Assembly: GCF_009914755.1 (NCBI RefSeq) | Contig: NC_060932.1 | Direction: 5' to 3' (one strand) | From: the human T2T-CHM13v2.0 reference genome, Homo sapiens | Length of the DNA stretch: 64,000 nt | Notes under the pieces: generated by a model | What the model was told of the DNA's origin: nothing | Seen by the model: only the letters and a program-made list of their open reading frames with translations | Databases searched by the model: none | Shown here: positions 41,831 to 57,849 of the stretch, one piece after another | Numbering within the stretch: the first letter of the stretch is position 1 | Layout of the letters: each line of letters begins with the position of its first letter | Made by a program: the position numbers and the translations under genes

Positions 41831-42035
41831 GCCACTATGATTTATTATTTTTTAGAATCATTTTTACTTCCAGGAAACAATGCCAGAATGGGAATCTCAT
41901 TGGGTTTTAATGTTGCGGTATTATACATTCAATTCTGAATTTATTTATTTATTTTTTCATTCATTCACTTGTTCAACAAGTGGATTTTGAGCAGTTATTT
42001 TATGAGACACACTACACTAGATCCTGTAGAAAAAT

Positions 42036-42359
<324 letters not shown>

Positions 42360-42973
42360 TCAAATTGTAATCGTACAGAAACCATGTCTTATTCACTGTT
42401 AGTCCATTCCATCATGATGTCAAATCTTAGCTAGTGCCCAGTAAATGTTGGTTAAATGCAGAAAAAGTATAAGTCTCAGGGTTTTTTTCCCCATTTGAAG
42501 CTTATGATGCCGTTAAAAGGTAATGAGAAAATAAATGTCATAAGTTAAAAGAGAGGTACACGTTAAAAATTTTGTAGATTAGAGTTTTCCTGTTGATTCT
42601 GTGGAAAAAATTATATTTACCCTAGATAATAAAGACCTGCCTGATATCCTTAGTTAGCCAAATATTATTTTAGAAAGGTGATTTTCAAACTTATCAGGTC
42701 AGGTAAAATTGTTGAAAAACTTTCTCTAATTGTAAGATTTAAATTCTTCTTCTCTTCCTCTCATTTGCAAAGGTAATCTAGAGACTAGAAACATTTGGGG
42801 TAGAATCTTCCAAAATTTACATAGGTTTAGGTATGCAAGGTTAGTATCAGCACTCATCCATTTATGTGCTGCGTTTGACTCAGTCATTAATTTCTACTTC
42901 ATAAACATGATTACAAATGATACCAATGATTACTTAGTATTATACTTACCTTTACCTCTATCTATGTGTTCTG

Positions 42974-42974
<1 letters not shown>

Positions 42975-43005
<31 letters not shown>
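42975..43005. repeat. (CA)15 microsatellite
   Basis: Direct count. Confidence 0.95.
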
Positions 43006-43007
<2 letters not shown>

Positions 43008-46000
43008 TCTCTCTCTAACTAGGCAGTGTGCTAGGCTGTGGATATTAAGAGATAAAACAGTCTCAAGGATTTCACAATCTATGCATGAAGTCAAACAATT
43101 TAAATCAATTACTGTAATTACAAGGACAATGATGGGGTTATGCAGAGAAGTCTGTGACTTCACAGTATACGACTAACGCATGACCTTGTAAAATCACTTA
43201 ACCTTTGTTTCAGCATCTCTGCCAGATGGGGTTGGAAGAAGAAATGGGTCCAAAAACTAGAATATTCTGTGTGGTGATGTTTTAAAATCGCCAACAATAA
43301 GTGGTGATTTGCAAACAAGACTAAACGTTTTCTATTTGGTCCTATAGATGTCATTTTACATCCACTGCATGGTGGGCACTGAATTTCTTGGCATCTTTGG
43401 AAATAACCACAACTTCTCTGTAGGCAGACATGTATTCCCTAGCGCTGTTTTTTCAATAACATTTATTTTAACAATAATATGCTTAGTCTGCCGTGCAAAT
43501 ACGGCTTCACTGATTAGGCAACCAGCCCAGTCAAACATTGTTTGGGGATATAATTATAACTATTTAATTGTTGGACAATCTCATAATAGCTGCAAAAGAA
43601 TCCCAGTTTGTTTACACACAGCAATTTAAAACTTGTTTCTTCTGCTTATCCTTTTTCCTCTTTAAAGGAGAACTCTGGATAATTCAATTCTAGCCTGAAA
43701 CCCCGGAGTACAATTAAGGCCCCTACAAACACATCAGGACTAGGAGACTCCCTTTTGGTTAAAGTTAAGAAGCTGTTGCCATGATTTGTTTTAATTTGAT
43801 AAACAGAGAGAGATGTTCTGTTCTGAGACCTCTTTCCCCTCACTCAGAAAGGGGGTGTTTATGTACAGCTGTGGGGAATTACTCACAGGAGATTTAAACA
43901 GTGGAAAAAGAAAACATCCTGTTTTTTTTTTTTTTTTTTTTTTTTTTTGGACCCACCCAGCCCACCAAGGTTTACAGACTCAGCCAATGGAAAGATAGAT
44001 TACAGTTCACTGAAAACTCCCCTTGGAAAATGGAGACCCAGCCTCTATCAAGACAGCTACAAGCTCTGAAGGACTGACAAAGAAGCATTCGCTGCAACGG
44101 AGAGATGGCAAATCAGAATGCTTCTGAAAGGGCTTTGCTTTAGAGATAGCTTTCAGATTAGATACTGCCACAAACAGAGCCTTAGTGACCAGGAGTGTGT
44201 TAAAAATGTAGGATGGGGATGAAAACATAAATTGCACTGTGATTTCTGCAGAGTCACTAAACCCTGTCTTGTCCAACAAAGAACAAAATCTAGATTTTTA
44301 TTCTTACGTTGTGTGGTTGTTAGATAAAAGATAATACGGTCTCTTTTTTCACATTTTTACTCAAGTAATCTATTTCCTTGCATTTTATTTAATTGATTTT
44401 GTCTGTGCAAAAAGGAAGCAGTGACTTTAACCAAATGAGAAATTTAGCTTAATATTGGCAGAGTAACTTGCTCAACAATATGAAATAAGTGGTTAAAATT
44501 TTAATAAGTCGACCACTAGTTATACTCTCATTCTATCAAATTAAACATCAGAATCGTGATTTGTGGTTATTCTTAAATATAGCAGGTTTTGGCCCGCTTG
44601 AGAGAAATCACATTTAATATGAACAGAATGGATTTTGAGCTTTATGTGTTTTGAGAAATACGTGTTTCTTCTTTCTGTCTGTATTACTTTTCAGTTTTCA
44701 TGACTTTTTTGAGAAGTGTCATGGGATAGAGTTATAAGATGATTTAATGATAAATATATTAATAGGTGTATATATTATTTTGAGAGTAAGGAATTAAATG
44801 ACATTGTTTTGTGGCATCATATTTTAGTGACTACAATTAAAAAAGCAAAACCAACAACAAAAAAGACAATAATTAGAAAATTTTATGTTTGTTTCCTGAA
44901 GCGAAATTCAACAAAGTATCTTCTATCAAAATATGCTTATGCAAAGCTATCCTTTCAGAAAAAAGTGTTTCAGAAAAAAATATTTAAAGAAGATTCCTTT
45001 ATGCATAGCTTAATTAAATTGAGCTTTCTTTAATCAATCTACATTGAATGTAACAGTTCAATAAATGATATAACTTACAACTCTTGATCATTAGTATGCC
45101 AGCTTTAAGTATTTTCTTAAAATTGTCTCCTATTTGAAGCCAACAGTTTAAGGACAAAATTCTTAATTCATCTCAGTCTTTCAGCCACATTTGACTCTTA
45201 AAATAACCTGAAAATTCATTACTGTTTACTTGCATGTTTTTGTAGAGTGATGTGAAAATAAACTTAAATCAATAATATGAAATCAATTTTATTCACTATT
45301 TAAAATTTTCATTGAATATTGGAACCAAATACCCTGACCCTGTTTATTAATAGTAAACTCAATTGCTAGGCCATATACACATGACTTACAATTTTAGACT
45401 CTAAAATGATACAAAAGAAATTCTTGTACTGAACAACTGCTTTTTTGAATAAGTCTCCCAGGATTAACCTGGGCTTTTTTTTTCCTTAAAATATAACTTC
45501 CAAAAACAGGACTATGCCTATTTCACATGAATGGGTTTTCTTCCTTAAAGTGTATGCAATCATTAGGTAGAGATGAACTGAAATCAAATGTAATCAGCAA
45601 TAATGATTGTAGAAAACTCATAAAGTAAATAGGATTATCCATAATCCTCCACTTAAAATGAATTGCTCTTCATTCATTTAATTCATATTTTTTAAAAAAG
45701 AAAATATATGCATTGACACGTATATATGACACAACTGGAGAAGCTCATTTATAAAAACAAAAGTTATCACTGCCATGAGATTTTTCCAGAAAAAAAAAAA
45801 AGTTTGGTTTATGTAAATTAGCCAGTAGTTAAAGTGGGAAGATACTTACTCAGTTTTCTAAGGGAAATAAAATCAACACCTTAACTTTCTGTTTTTGGGT
45901 CTTTTGCAAATAAAAACAAAATGACTTGCAGAAAGAATTCTTCTCCTTCTTTTCCTTCTTTTATCTCTATCTTCCCTTCTTCTTAATTTCCTATAAACTT

Positions 46001-47504
46001 GGTTTCGTATTTGTATATGCCATTGTTACGTTTATTTTTATTTCTTTTTTTTAAAAAATATGTCATTTTGTTTTGTTTTGTTTCAATGTTATATTTCCAG
46101 GGTCTAGATCACCTAGTATCTAATAGCTGCTCAAAAATATTTGTTGAGTGAAAATGAGTAAATTAAGTAATACTGACTGTAGAAAATGTGAAAAATACCC
46201 GCCCCCCCCTCAGAAGAAGTATATGAAAGAACCAGAAAAGCCAGATTTTTATTGTGCTGGACTTTCCCTTCGTTTATCAATACCTGCACAAAACATGCCC
46301 TTAGGATTGTGACTGTCCTTAAGCAGTTTTGCATCTAGGTTTGTTCCTCTTTGAAGTCTACTAAGGAGCTGAGCAGAGCTAGAAAGTCTAACAGAAGCAA
46401 GCCAAGTAGAGGTAGACTTTAAAATGTAATTATCCTGGACTCCACGGGCTTTAAAAAAGTTCTTTTGTGGCTAGAAAATGAACGTTATTTATCCAAAAGG
46501 TTGCAGCTGTTAAATTCTCTTGAGAAAATACAAAGTCAAACCTATCCATGCCAGTTTTTTTTTTTTCTGATTGCCTAACTTCAATGATTCAGAGATAAAA
46601 TCCCAAAATAGGCATTTATAAAGGCAAGAGTGAGAGAAATAAAAGACTCAGAACTGGGGTTGGTACTCAGTGTTGCTAGTTCTCGAACTACAAACCGCCA
46701 AGCTATTCTTCTAATTTCCCCAGTTTGCCTGAGTAAGAGTCTTTTTTCCAGTCAAAACAGTCACAGACATTTTTGTATAATCTACTCTGTTCTGTCTCCA
46801 TTGGTGGTAATTTCTAAAAGCCAGAATAACGAAAGCCCTGAATCAAATAATGCAACCAAAAAACTTTTAAGCCCTCCAATAAAGAGAGAAAACAAAAAGT
46901 AAGAAGAGAAAATGTATTTTCCCAGGAATGTCCACATCTCCACAGACTCCGTTTTCAAAGTGGATTTTCTTTGAATAGGGTTTGGATTTGGCAACAGCCT
47001 ATTAGGATATAATGCTCTACTCACAATTCTTCAAGAAAAGATCTAAGGTTTTATAGTTTTCCCATTTTTCCCAGAGATGGGTAGAGCCAAGAAGAACGGG
47101 TGAAGGAAAGTGGGCAAAAGATTGTGAAAGTCGGAAAAAACTTGCTGGAACCTATCCAGTCATCTTCAAAGGATAACCTCTTCCAAACAGAGCAAACCTT
47201 CAGGGGAAGATTATGCAAAGCCCCTGCCTTCCAGCACCCCTGAAAGCCCACCACCCTAGTCCATTCAGATTTGAGGATTAAGAAAATTAGGGGAATGAAT
47301 GAATCTATTTATCTATGGTCCATGTCAAGAATTGTTCTTCTGGGCCATTCTGGTTTGGATCCTGTGGCTTTTTTGGTGGTGTGATCGTTGCTTTTATGTT
47401 TTTTCAGGGGTGGGGGTGCATCTGCATTATCTGATAGTTCTGTGTTTATTTTTTTCCACAAAGATGCTTAATTGTGTAACTCCTGGCTAGGTTTCCCTAG
47501 CCAA

Positions 47505-47960
47505 ATGATAGAAATCAGAGTTGGAAAAGACCTATTAGGTCATTTTTACCCTAACTCCTGCCAGTGAGAATTTTGCCTCTAATATGCTAGATGAAGTGTC
47601 CACCCCTTCCCTTGGGAGATTAGATTCTACAATTTAATTAGTTCACACTGCCAACATATTTTCTCTGACGTTCAATTTACAATTAATATCATTGTTTTTC
47701 TTAATTCAGTTCTCACAAATTATGTGTTTACTTTCTCTTATTGTCTTCCAACTTTAATCACTGATAAGCTTATTTTCTTATTTCTCCCCAAATATGCTCA
47801 TTTATTAATTTTTTCTAGAATGTTCAGTTTATTTGTTAACATTTGTTATTTTTTGCACAACGCTGTATCTCTTTGATACAGAGATAATGACGGCTTCAAA
47901 TTTTCCAACATGGCACATTAACAGGGATGTGTAGAGTACAATTAAGCAGAAAACCAAGAC
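47505..47960 (-). mobile_element. CR1/L3 LINE 3' remnant
   Basis: atagaaatcagagttggaaaagacc...ggtcat resembles the antisense L3 3' end; heavily diverged. Confidence 0.5.
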
Positions 47961-50174
47961 ATGTTAATTTTTCCTTAAAATTCAGGCTTCATCAATATTT
48001 TGTTTCTATTTTCTGTAAGTTCCTGGCAGAGCAGTTAGTAGCCTGAGATATGTCGGCAATTCTCAGTGTCTCAGCTTTTCAGTTCTGTGTGTGTGCACGC
48101 GTGTGTGGTGTTTGTATGTGTCAAATTTTCTGCTGTGAAAACCCTGGCACAGATACCCAGATGAGATAAGGCAGGCAAAGATAAGACATAAGAAGGGAGG
48201 AAGAACACTATAATAATGAATTTAGGGACTGGAGAAACTCAGCTACCCACCAGGAAACTTTACTCACTGACAAGATTAACCCTTTTTAGGCTGACGTGAA
48301 TCATTGTGGGCTGAGGCTGTCCAGTGTACCCATGTAGCAGACCTCTTGAGTAGGTAGCTCTCTACAGCAAGGCATTGCTCTCCTGGGATTTTACATCTTC
48401 ATTGCCTAAGTCCCTGGCTCGATTCCTGCCTTGCCTTGTCTCTCTCTTTTGACTCTTGGCCAGCAGATCTCATTTCCTTGTCCAGTGCACCATGTGAAAT
48501 CAAGCCCCTCCTCATGACCTCCTTCCCGCCTGCTGGTCTAAAAGGGAGGAGCCCCTGTTTCTTGAATCTGCCCTCTGACTAAACTCTCTCTTGCCTCTCC
48601 ACCCTTTCCTGATGATTCAGTACTAACACCTGCCCAGAGTCTACTTTGTCTCCACATCCCCAATGATTTGGGTGTCAAGACAGTCTGTCCACTCAAATTT
48701 ACATTCAATTCTATCAGAGGCCACAGTCCTAACTCAAAGTAGCCTACTTATGTGGTTCTTTAAAGGAGTTTTATAGAGGATTGTCTCTCACAAACATAAG
48801 GGAAATATATAAGGCCCTTTAAAACTCTTGCTTAGCCCCATAGCTCATCGTGAACCACTGAACCCCTGCTTGCTCTGGGAAAGCCACATTGGCCTCTCAC
48901 CAATTAATTTACTGGGATAACACCCATCTCTTTTCCACTTTGGAATCTTCAGCCTCTTGTTTCCTCTCCTTGGATACGTTTTACCTATGCATCAAGCCAT
49001 AGCTGACATGGAACTCAGAGAGATTGCCCTGAAATATCCTTCCCTGGGCTGAGTAAGGTTCTCTATGTTACTCTTCATCATTTGCCCTATATTTGCATTC
49101 ATAACACCAAAAATTGTGAACACTTATTTACTTATTTGTTAAGTTATTTGAAATGTATAAAATTCGATGATGCATGAAGATAGGGTCTTGTTGATTGTAC
49201 ATTTCTCCTTGTATGTAGTATATTATAGGTGCTCAAACAGGTGAGCAGTTCGACCATGACAACAAAAAGTAGATAGAATAAAAGTTGCCAGAGTCATTCA
49301 GCCCATTGTTGATAATCAATTAATATCTTAATCTATATGATTCTGTTTTTGCTTCATATTTGTAAATGTATAGTGTGTCAACTTTGTAAAAACTTGACAT
49401 TGTGGAAATCTGTATAGGTATTGTATAAATAAGTTTTCTTCACTCCAGACAAGAGAGAGCAACTACTATTTTGAAAAGGGACTTAATTGTGAAAAATAGG
49501 GAGCTCGTATAATTGATGCGAAAATGGAGGAGTATGCTTAATGAGGAGACAGAAACCAGAAGAACATACAATTCAGACAGTAGCAGCAATGCTTTAAAGA
49601 TTCTCATTGACACTATACCATTGCTCCCAGACACTACTGGAATCTCTGGGCACTATCATTATCTCTCACTGCAGAAACTCTGCAGTAACTGTCATGGATG
49701 ACCTCTTTTAGTAACTGACTTTAACTTCAAAGTCCTGAATTAGAGGGCTGCTTGATCAAGGACTGGTTATATTATCTAGCCCTGGTCTCTGGATTAGACA
49801 GCGAAAGAACTGCCCACTTTTGCACAGGCATTTTGAGATGGGGAATCTCATCCCACACAATGAATTATTGCCCCCAAATACGGAAGAGAGATGAATTATG
49901 GGCACCTCTCAAGCAGCTGATCAATCAAACCAGCCAAGCAACATACCAACCAACAGCAATTGTTAATCTTTGATCTCATGCTTCAGGGCTGGCTGTGCCT
50001 AAAGCTTGTGGTAGTACCTTCCTTCTTATCACCTTATCGCTTTCCTTATTATCAATTCTGTGGATCTTCTTTCTTAAAAGTCTGCATTTCTGAGATTTAT
50101 TGCTTCTCAGAGAGATTAAGTTGATATTTTCAAAGTATTCGGCAAGTTACTTTGATCACATGTCGTTGTAACAT

Positions 50175-50590
50175 GGTCTTAGGCTCCCTAGAGGCTGAGT
50201 GTGAGACCCGAATTCCTGTGAAAGTGATACATAAACAGAAAAGCCCATAAGGAAGGGACTGAAGCAGGACAGAGAAAGCGAAGGTGCTGAGCAAGAAAGT
50301 GGTCTCCGATAAAGTCCAACCTTGGCCAAGTCCCTAAGGGAAGGTCTTTGAATCACTAATCACTTAGTTGTGTTGGCCCGCCTAAGGCAAGAAAGTAACC
50401 CTTTATATACCACATTCATCAGTCATGGCTTTGGACTGCCTCCAGGGCATGCGCATAACTCTCCAGGTAAAGTAACTGGCAGCTGGGGGACATATTTTCC
50501 AGAGAAAGGGGCCATCTGTGAGCTGTTAGCAGCTGATCCTCATGGAAGTTGGGGAAGTTGCTTGCACTTTACTCTAGGGACTTGCCCTGA
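50175..50590 (-). mobile_element. LTR33-like ERVL LTR remnant
   Basis: gtcttaggctccctagagg...tgagacc...gaagcaggacag...gagcaag...tggtctc...cagtcatggc. Confidence 0.6.
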
Positions 50591-51759
50591 ATTCTTTCTT
50601 GCTAGGAACTGGAGTGCAAGCCAGACTCCACCCAGCCTGGGTGGGCCAAGTGGGCGGGCCATTTCCTGCAGCAGGTAGCATGGCTGAGGGAGGCCCATGT
50701 GGGGTGTTACTGGCCCAAGGCCCCCGGCTTGCAAAGTGACCAAGAAGAAAATTCTGCATCAGCAGGACCAATTAAGTTTCTTCTCCAGAATTTTTCAGTT
50801 GGAGTTATTTGAAGGGAACTTTCCTCTGTATTTATGAAATTTATGAGAATATTAGCTCTGAGCTGTCTGTAATCTTAGTTTTAACTTTATGAGAATGGTT
50901 ATCTTGAGATAACATGGCTCCATGTAAAAAGAGAAAGGTATAGAAGATGAAATGATAATATAATGGTTTGAGTCCACATATAGAAAATCATTGATGGGTT
51001 TTTAAAATTGTTTTTTGGTTTTGAAATAGGTTTTCTTTCTTTTTTTTTGTCTTAAACTTTCTGTTTCTTGTAGTTAAGGTGTTGTGTTTAATATACATAT
51101 ATTATCACTGATTCACTCAGAAACCCCCAGAGTTAGATATTATCTTTATTCCACAAATATGAAAATCAAGGCCTGGAGCATTGATGTCTTTGGCCAAATT
51201 TGCACAATTAACTAGAAAAGAGCAGATGTTGGGTACTAAATTTTCTCACTTCCAAATTATTAGCTAGATTCTGAAACCCTCAGAAAAAAAATTGATTTTA
51301 AAAATGTAGCAGTTTATCAACACCTGCGATGTTCTGCATGAATCGCAATAGGGAGTTTACACATGTGATAATGTATATACATTTTACCTCATGATTGTTT
51401 GTTTCTTGTATTTCATCCAGTAATTTTGGCTACATATTCTTGTCATTCAAAATGGCAAGCATAAATGTAATGCTTGGGGTATAAAACAAAGCAATCATAA
51501 CGATTTAAACTTGAAGAAATTTTTTTTATCATGTATGCAATACCATATAGAATTTCATTCAGAGCAAAGAAACAAAAACGCTACCTGAAATACATCCTTT
51601 CTTACAGGGTTGCTTACAAAGCAGACAAACTCAGAAAATTGATTGTTATATACTGAGTTTAATGATATTGTCAGAAATAAGTGTTATTAAATGGTAAGAC
51701 ACCTTGCATGCTCTATCATGTAAGAAAACCCAGAAGATTCTTTTTTCGTTATTTTAGTA

Positions 51760-52221
51760 TAAGGGAGGAGACCACTCCTCATATTGTCTTATGCCCAATT
51801 TCTGCCTCCAAAGAAAGAAGAAGTAAAAACTAAAAGGCAGAAATGAAATCCACAGGCAGACAGCCCGGCGCCACACCCTGGGCCTGGTAGTTAAAGATCA
51901 ACCCCTGACCTAATCGGTTATGTTATCTATAGATTACAGGCATTGTATAGAAAAGCACTGTGAAAATCCCTGTCCTGTTTTGTTCCGATCTAATTACTGG
52001 TGCATGCAGTCCCCAGTCATGTACCCCCTGCTTGCTCAATCGATCACAACCCTCTCAAGCGGACCCCCTTAGAGTTGTGAGCCCTTAAAAGGGACAGGAA
52101 TTGCTCACTCGGAGAGCTTGGCTCTTGCGACAGGAGTCCTGCCGATGCTCCCAGCCGAATAAACCGCTTCCTTCTTTAACTCAGTGTCTGAGTGGTTTTG
52201 TCTGTGGCTTGTCCTGCTACA
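51760..52221 (+). mobile_element. LTR2 (HERV-E/Harlequin group) solo LTR
   Basis: taagggaggagaccac...gtcctgctaca, 462 bp, AATAAA intact; 4-bp TSD agta. Confidence 0.9.
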
Positions 52222-53589
52222 AGTATAGGAATAAATCAAACTTTAAAATTTAATTATAGGATAAAGACGTAAGCGACATTCTCAGTGTCATAATTATCTC
52301 ACACAACTAGATAAGAACTATTTGTATATTTTTATCTTTATCTTGTATTTGCATCATTTTTTAAAGCTTGTCGGAAGAGCCCTTATGAATACTTTAAGAA
52401 CCAAATGTAGTTTCACTGTCTCTGAAATGCCCTCCCAAAGACCTCAGGTATTTGGTTTCAAGAGTTAGTTGAAGAAGTGGAAAACCAGGGAAAATAGTAA
52501 TATTGGGAAATGTAGTGTGAAATGTAGAGTGGGAAAATTCTAGTCCTTTTTTATCTTATTAATTGTTGTAATTTGATCTTATTAATTGTTGTAAGTAATA
52601 TTTCTCCCATTTATTCAACTGGTATTTATGGAGCACCTGAAATGTACTAAACATTCTGCTGAACACTAGAGCTGCAACAGTGATGTGGGAGTGATGACAG
52701 CCCAGGAATTATCTGTATGAATGTGAGAACATACTTTTTTTTTTTTTTAATTGAGGGGATCTTCCATATACATCACTATATATGCAGAGACACAGTCATT
52801 CATCTTGACAGTGTCACTGTTATCCTATGAACAGGCTCATGGGTGAGGTTTTTGGTTTTATAAATGAATGACTGTATATACAAATGGCTTCAGAATGTCT
52901 GTAAAAGGACCATTTGTTCGTGGGTCATAGGGCTAATCTGAAACTGTCTCTGTGATTCAATGTTAGAGAAGCTTCCCATGGTGGATGGGGGTCTCCTGGT
53001 TAAAAAGGTCACCATGACACAGAGGGAACTTCCTGTGAAGCAAGTGGTGTGTGGCCTGGTAGCCTAAATTCAGCATGAGGGAAAAGGCTAGAAAAGAAAA
53101 GTTACTTCCAGCACAACATGTGATTGCATTTGGGGAAGACACCTGAGCACGTGGATGTAAAATAAGTGATGTGCCCATGCCAGAGATGCAGGGTAATAAA
53201 TTATATTTCACATCAGTGGACACGTTTCTATTAGTCTGAGCAGAACTAATCTTCAATAGCTGCATCATATGGCCATGAAGAAAGCATGGATGCCGGTGGA
53301 CTTATTGGAGTTTTTTTTAGTGTTTTTTTGTTTGTTTGTTTGTTTTCCCTCTCTGCCTAGAGGACTGGTCTTTCTTGCACAAAGCAGATTATATTGCCCA
53401 GGGTTTTTCAGTAATTAGAAGAATGAGAATGGGGTTGAGAGTGAGGCCTCAAAAGGAAGAAACTAGGCTTCCCTAATGGTTAATGGCAGAGCGATGACCA
53501 AGAGATTAACTAAAAGTGAAATAAAATAAAAAGTAGAAATGACAATAACCACAAACTAATGAAGTTAAGTTTTACTAGTGACATGTAAA

Positions 53590-54033
53590 CTTCTTATTAC
53601 TTAGCTTTCACTTTGTAATGCTACAGGAACAAACAATCTCCAAATTTTGGTAAATTACAGCAATTAAGTTTTAGATCCCTTTCACATTCCATGTCAGCAT
53701 AGGTCAGCAGAGTCAGCTGCCACTATGCTTCCATCTATGGCTTTGCACCATCTTACTCATTTTGTGATCAAGCTGTAGGAGCAGTTTCATTCTGGGTTAC
53801 AGTGAACAAGTTACAGTTCTTAATGTTTCTGCTCCCATGGCACACAAGCCACTTCTGCATGCAGTTCATTCAATGATGAAAAAAAAGTCACATGGCCAAA
53901 TCCACTTCAGTAGATTGGGAATTATGCTCCCCTCATAAGGAGGCCACACAAGTCTCATAGGATGAGAAAGGGATGCTTAATCTTCTTAAGGAGAAGGCAG
54001 CACACAAGGGGAATAAAGATATACTCCATTACA
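53590..54033 (-). mobile_element. MLT1 (I-like) MaLR LTR remnant
   Basis: gtaatgctacaggaacaaacaatctccaaa...aagtcacatggccaa...ccattaca. Confidence 0.65.
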
Positions 54034-54708
54034 TGTGGCATTCTTTACTTGGGTGGCGCAAATACACAATTTTTGTTTCCCTTTTGCTACCTTGTATTGT
54101 TATAAAAAGTAGAAAATAGAAGTACATCTCCTCAAATTAAGAATATATCATTTGTAATGAAATCTGTAAGATATATTTTAGGAGAAACGTACAAATACAG
54201 CCTTATCTCCATAGCACAGTTGGATGACCTCAGAGCCATCATGCATGAGCTGTTTGATGATGGCCCTCCTAGACATTCCAAATCTCTGCTTCTGGTTGCC
54301 ACTGTCCACAGTGGTGAGAGAGAATACCCATTTGTGTGCTTGCCAATGAAGATGAGGTTTAGTGGAATAAGGCGTCTCCACCACAGATGGTTAAGAGTGA
54401 TTCACAAAAGAAATACTTTGGCCTGGTCTTCTCTTTAGTGAATCAACACCAACCATTACAATCGGATGGTTTTTAAGAATATTGCCCATAAAGGAACACA
54501 GAAAAAAAATTATAGCTATATTTTAGGCACCTAGCAAAGTACTTGGTACATTGTGAGTGGCAGACAAATTTTTGTCAAAATAAGTTGAATTGTTCTTAAC
54601 TCTGATTTTTTAAAAAACAAATAAGGACTATGTAAATTCAGTAACTGACATAGGTGAGTGTTCTATGTTTGGTGAATGGATAAGCATATAAATGGAGATA
54701 AAAGAGTC

Positions 54709-54987
<279 letters not shown>

Positions 54988-55467
54988 TGATAAAAGAGTC
55001 TTAATTAATTTACTTAAATTTGTTCTGATCATACTAGTAGATACTCTCCTTACATAAGAAAACATTTTAGAGAGTAGCAACATTGTTCAAAGCTGTAATA
55101 ATCATGAGGTAGAAACGTCATGACTTTGAAAATCTCTAAATACTTGAAACAAATATTAGCAAGAAATTTATAAGAGCTGTTTATACTCTTTATGATTATA
55201 TACCTATATATGATATAAAATGTGATTACCTTATTATATATGGTTTTATGCATAATAATTACATATGTAACCATTTATTTTAAAATGTTAAATCTACCCC
55301 TAAGTCTCATTTCCATTAAAAATAGCCATGTAAACCAAATTAGTTAGCTTTTTAACTCTCACTAACATTTATTCACTGAGTGAGAAAATTTTGCATTGGC
55401 CAAATCATTTACTAAAACAATTTTACAAATGAATTTTCTGGTTTTTGGAAAGAATGTATGGTAGACT

Positions 55468-56314
<847 letters not shown>

Positions 56315-56333
56315 GACTTACCCTTGTTGGTAA

Positions 56334-56730
<397 letters not shown>

Positions 56731-57620
56731 AACCTTCACTTACTCTTCATGTTTATATAAATTGTTTGATTTTTTGCTTCCTAACTGTCAGGGTCATTTT
56801 TTAAATACAAAATTACATTTTCCTAACTTCAGAAATTCTGTGGCACTGGAAATGGAAATGGACAAAGGCAGAAGTGAAGGACTCTGGCTAAGTTAAAGTG
56901 ACTTTCTAGCAAAGTGACTGATGCTTACACATCCACCTTTCTTCTGACTCAGAGCTGCTTCACAGGACATGTCATTAAAATTTGCATCCGCTAATTACTT
57001 CATCATTAGGTTACTAAGTAATCGTTGTTATATTCAGTGTTCAATATGCAGACAGCCAAGGCCACATGCTCTCTAGTATCCTAAAATATTTCCAATAATG
57101 TGAATAATGTGTCTAAAGAGACACTAAACAAGGTTTCAACATGAATTTGCATACCCACACACACACACACACAGACACAGTTACAAGTTGGAAAGCCTCT
57201 AGAACAATGGTATGTAGAATGCATTCAATTTCAGTAAGTAGTGGTGATTAAAAAATCACAAATCCTGTAACTTTCTTATATTCTATGTATTTTATCCTGT
57301 AATTCCTATAACTTGCTTATATTCCGTCTTTTATCCTTTACTTTATGTCATTATCAAGCTAAATGATAATGTACAAAAGGTAGACAATTATTATAGATCT
57401 TGAAGATGTAACACATTAAAAGAAATAAAAATAACAACTTTGGTTCACTTGCTTTACATTAATTATGGAAATTTATGCAAATAGTTTACCAGGTTTCTCA
57501 CTATCCTGCAGCATCATAACTAGTATGTATGCATTTAGAAGTGCCATTTTCACTGGTTTTCAGTGGTATTTGATGATAGTCTTCATACTTTGCCTGCCTA
57601 TAACTCATGATATTTGCTTA

Positions 57621-57849
<229 letters not shown>

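Noticed and set aside
46190-46640. Promoter (GC box plus tttataaa)
   Set aside because: The motifs are ~400 bp apart, with no CpG island and no downstream exon evidence
52553-52594. 19-bp direct repeat atcttattaattgttgtaa
   Set aside because: Ordinary small tandem duplication with a 4-bp spacer
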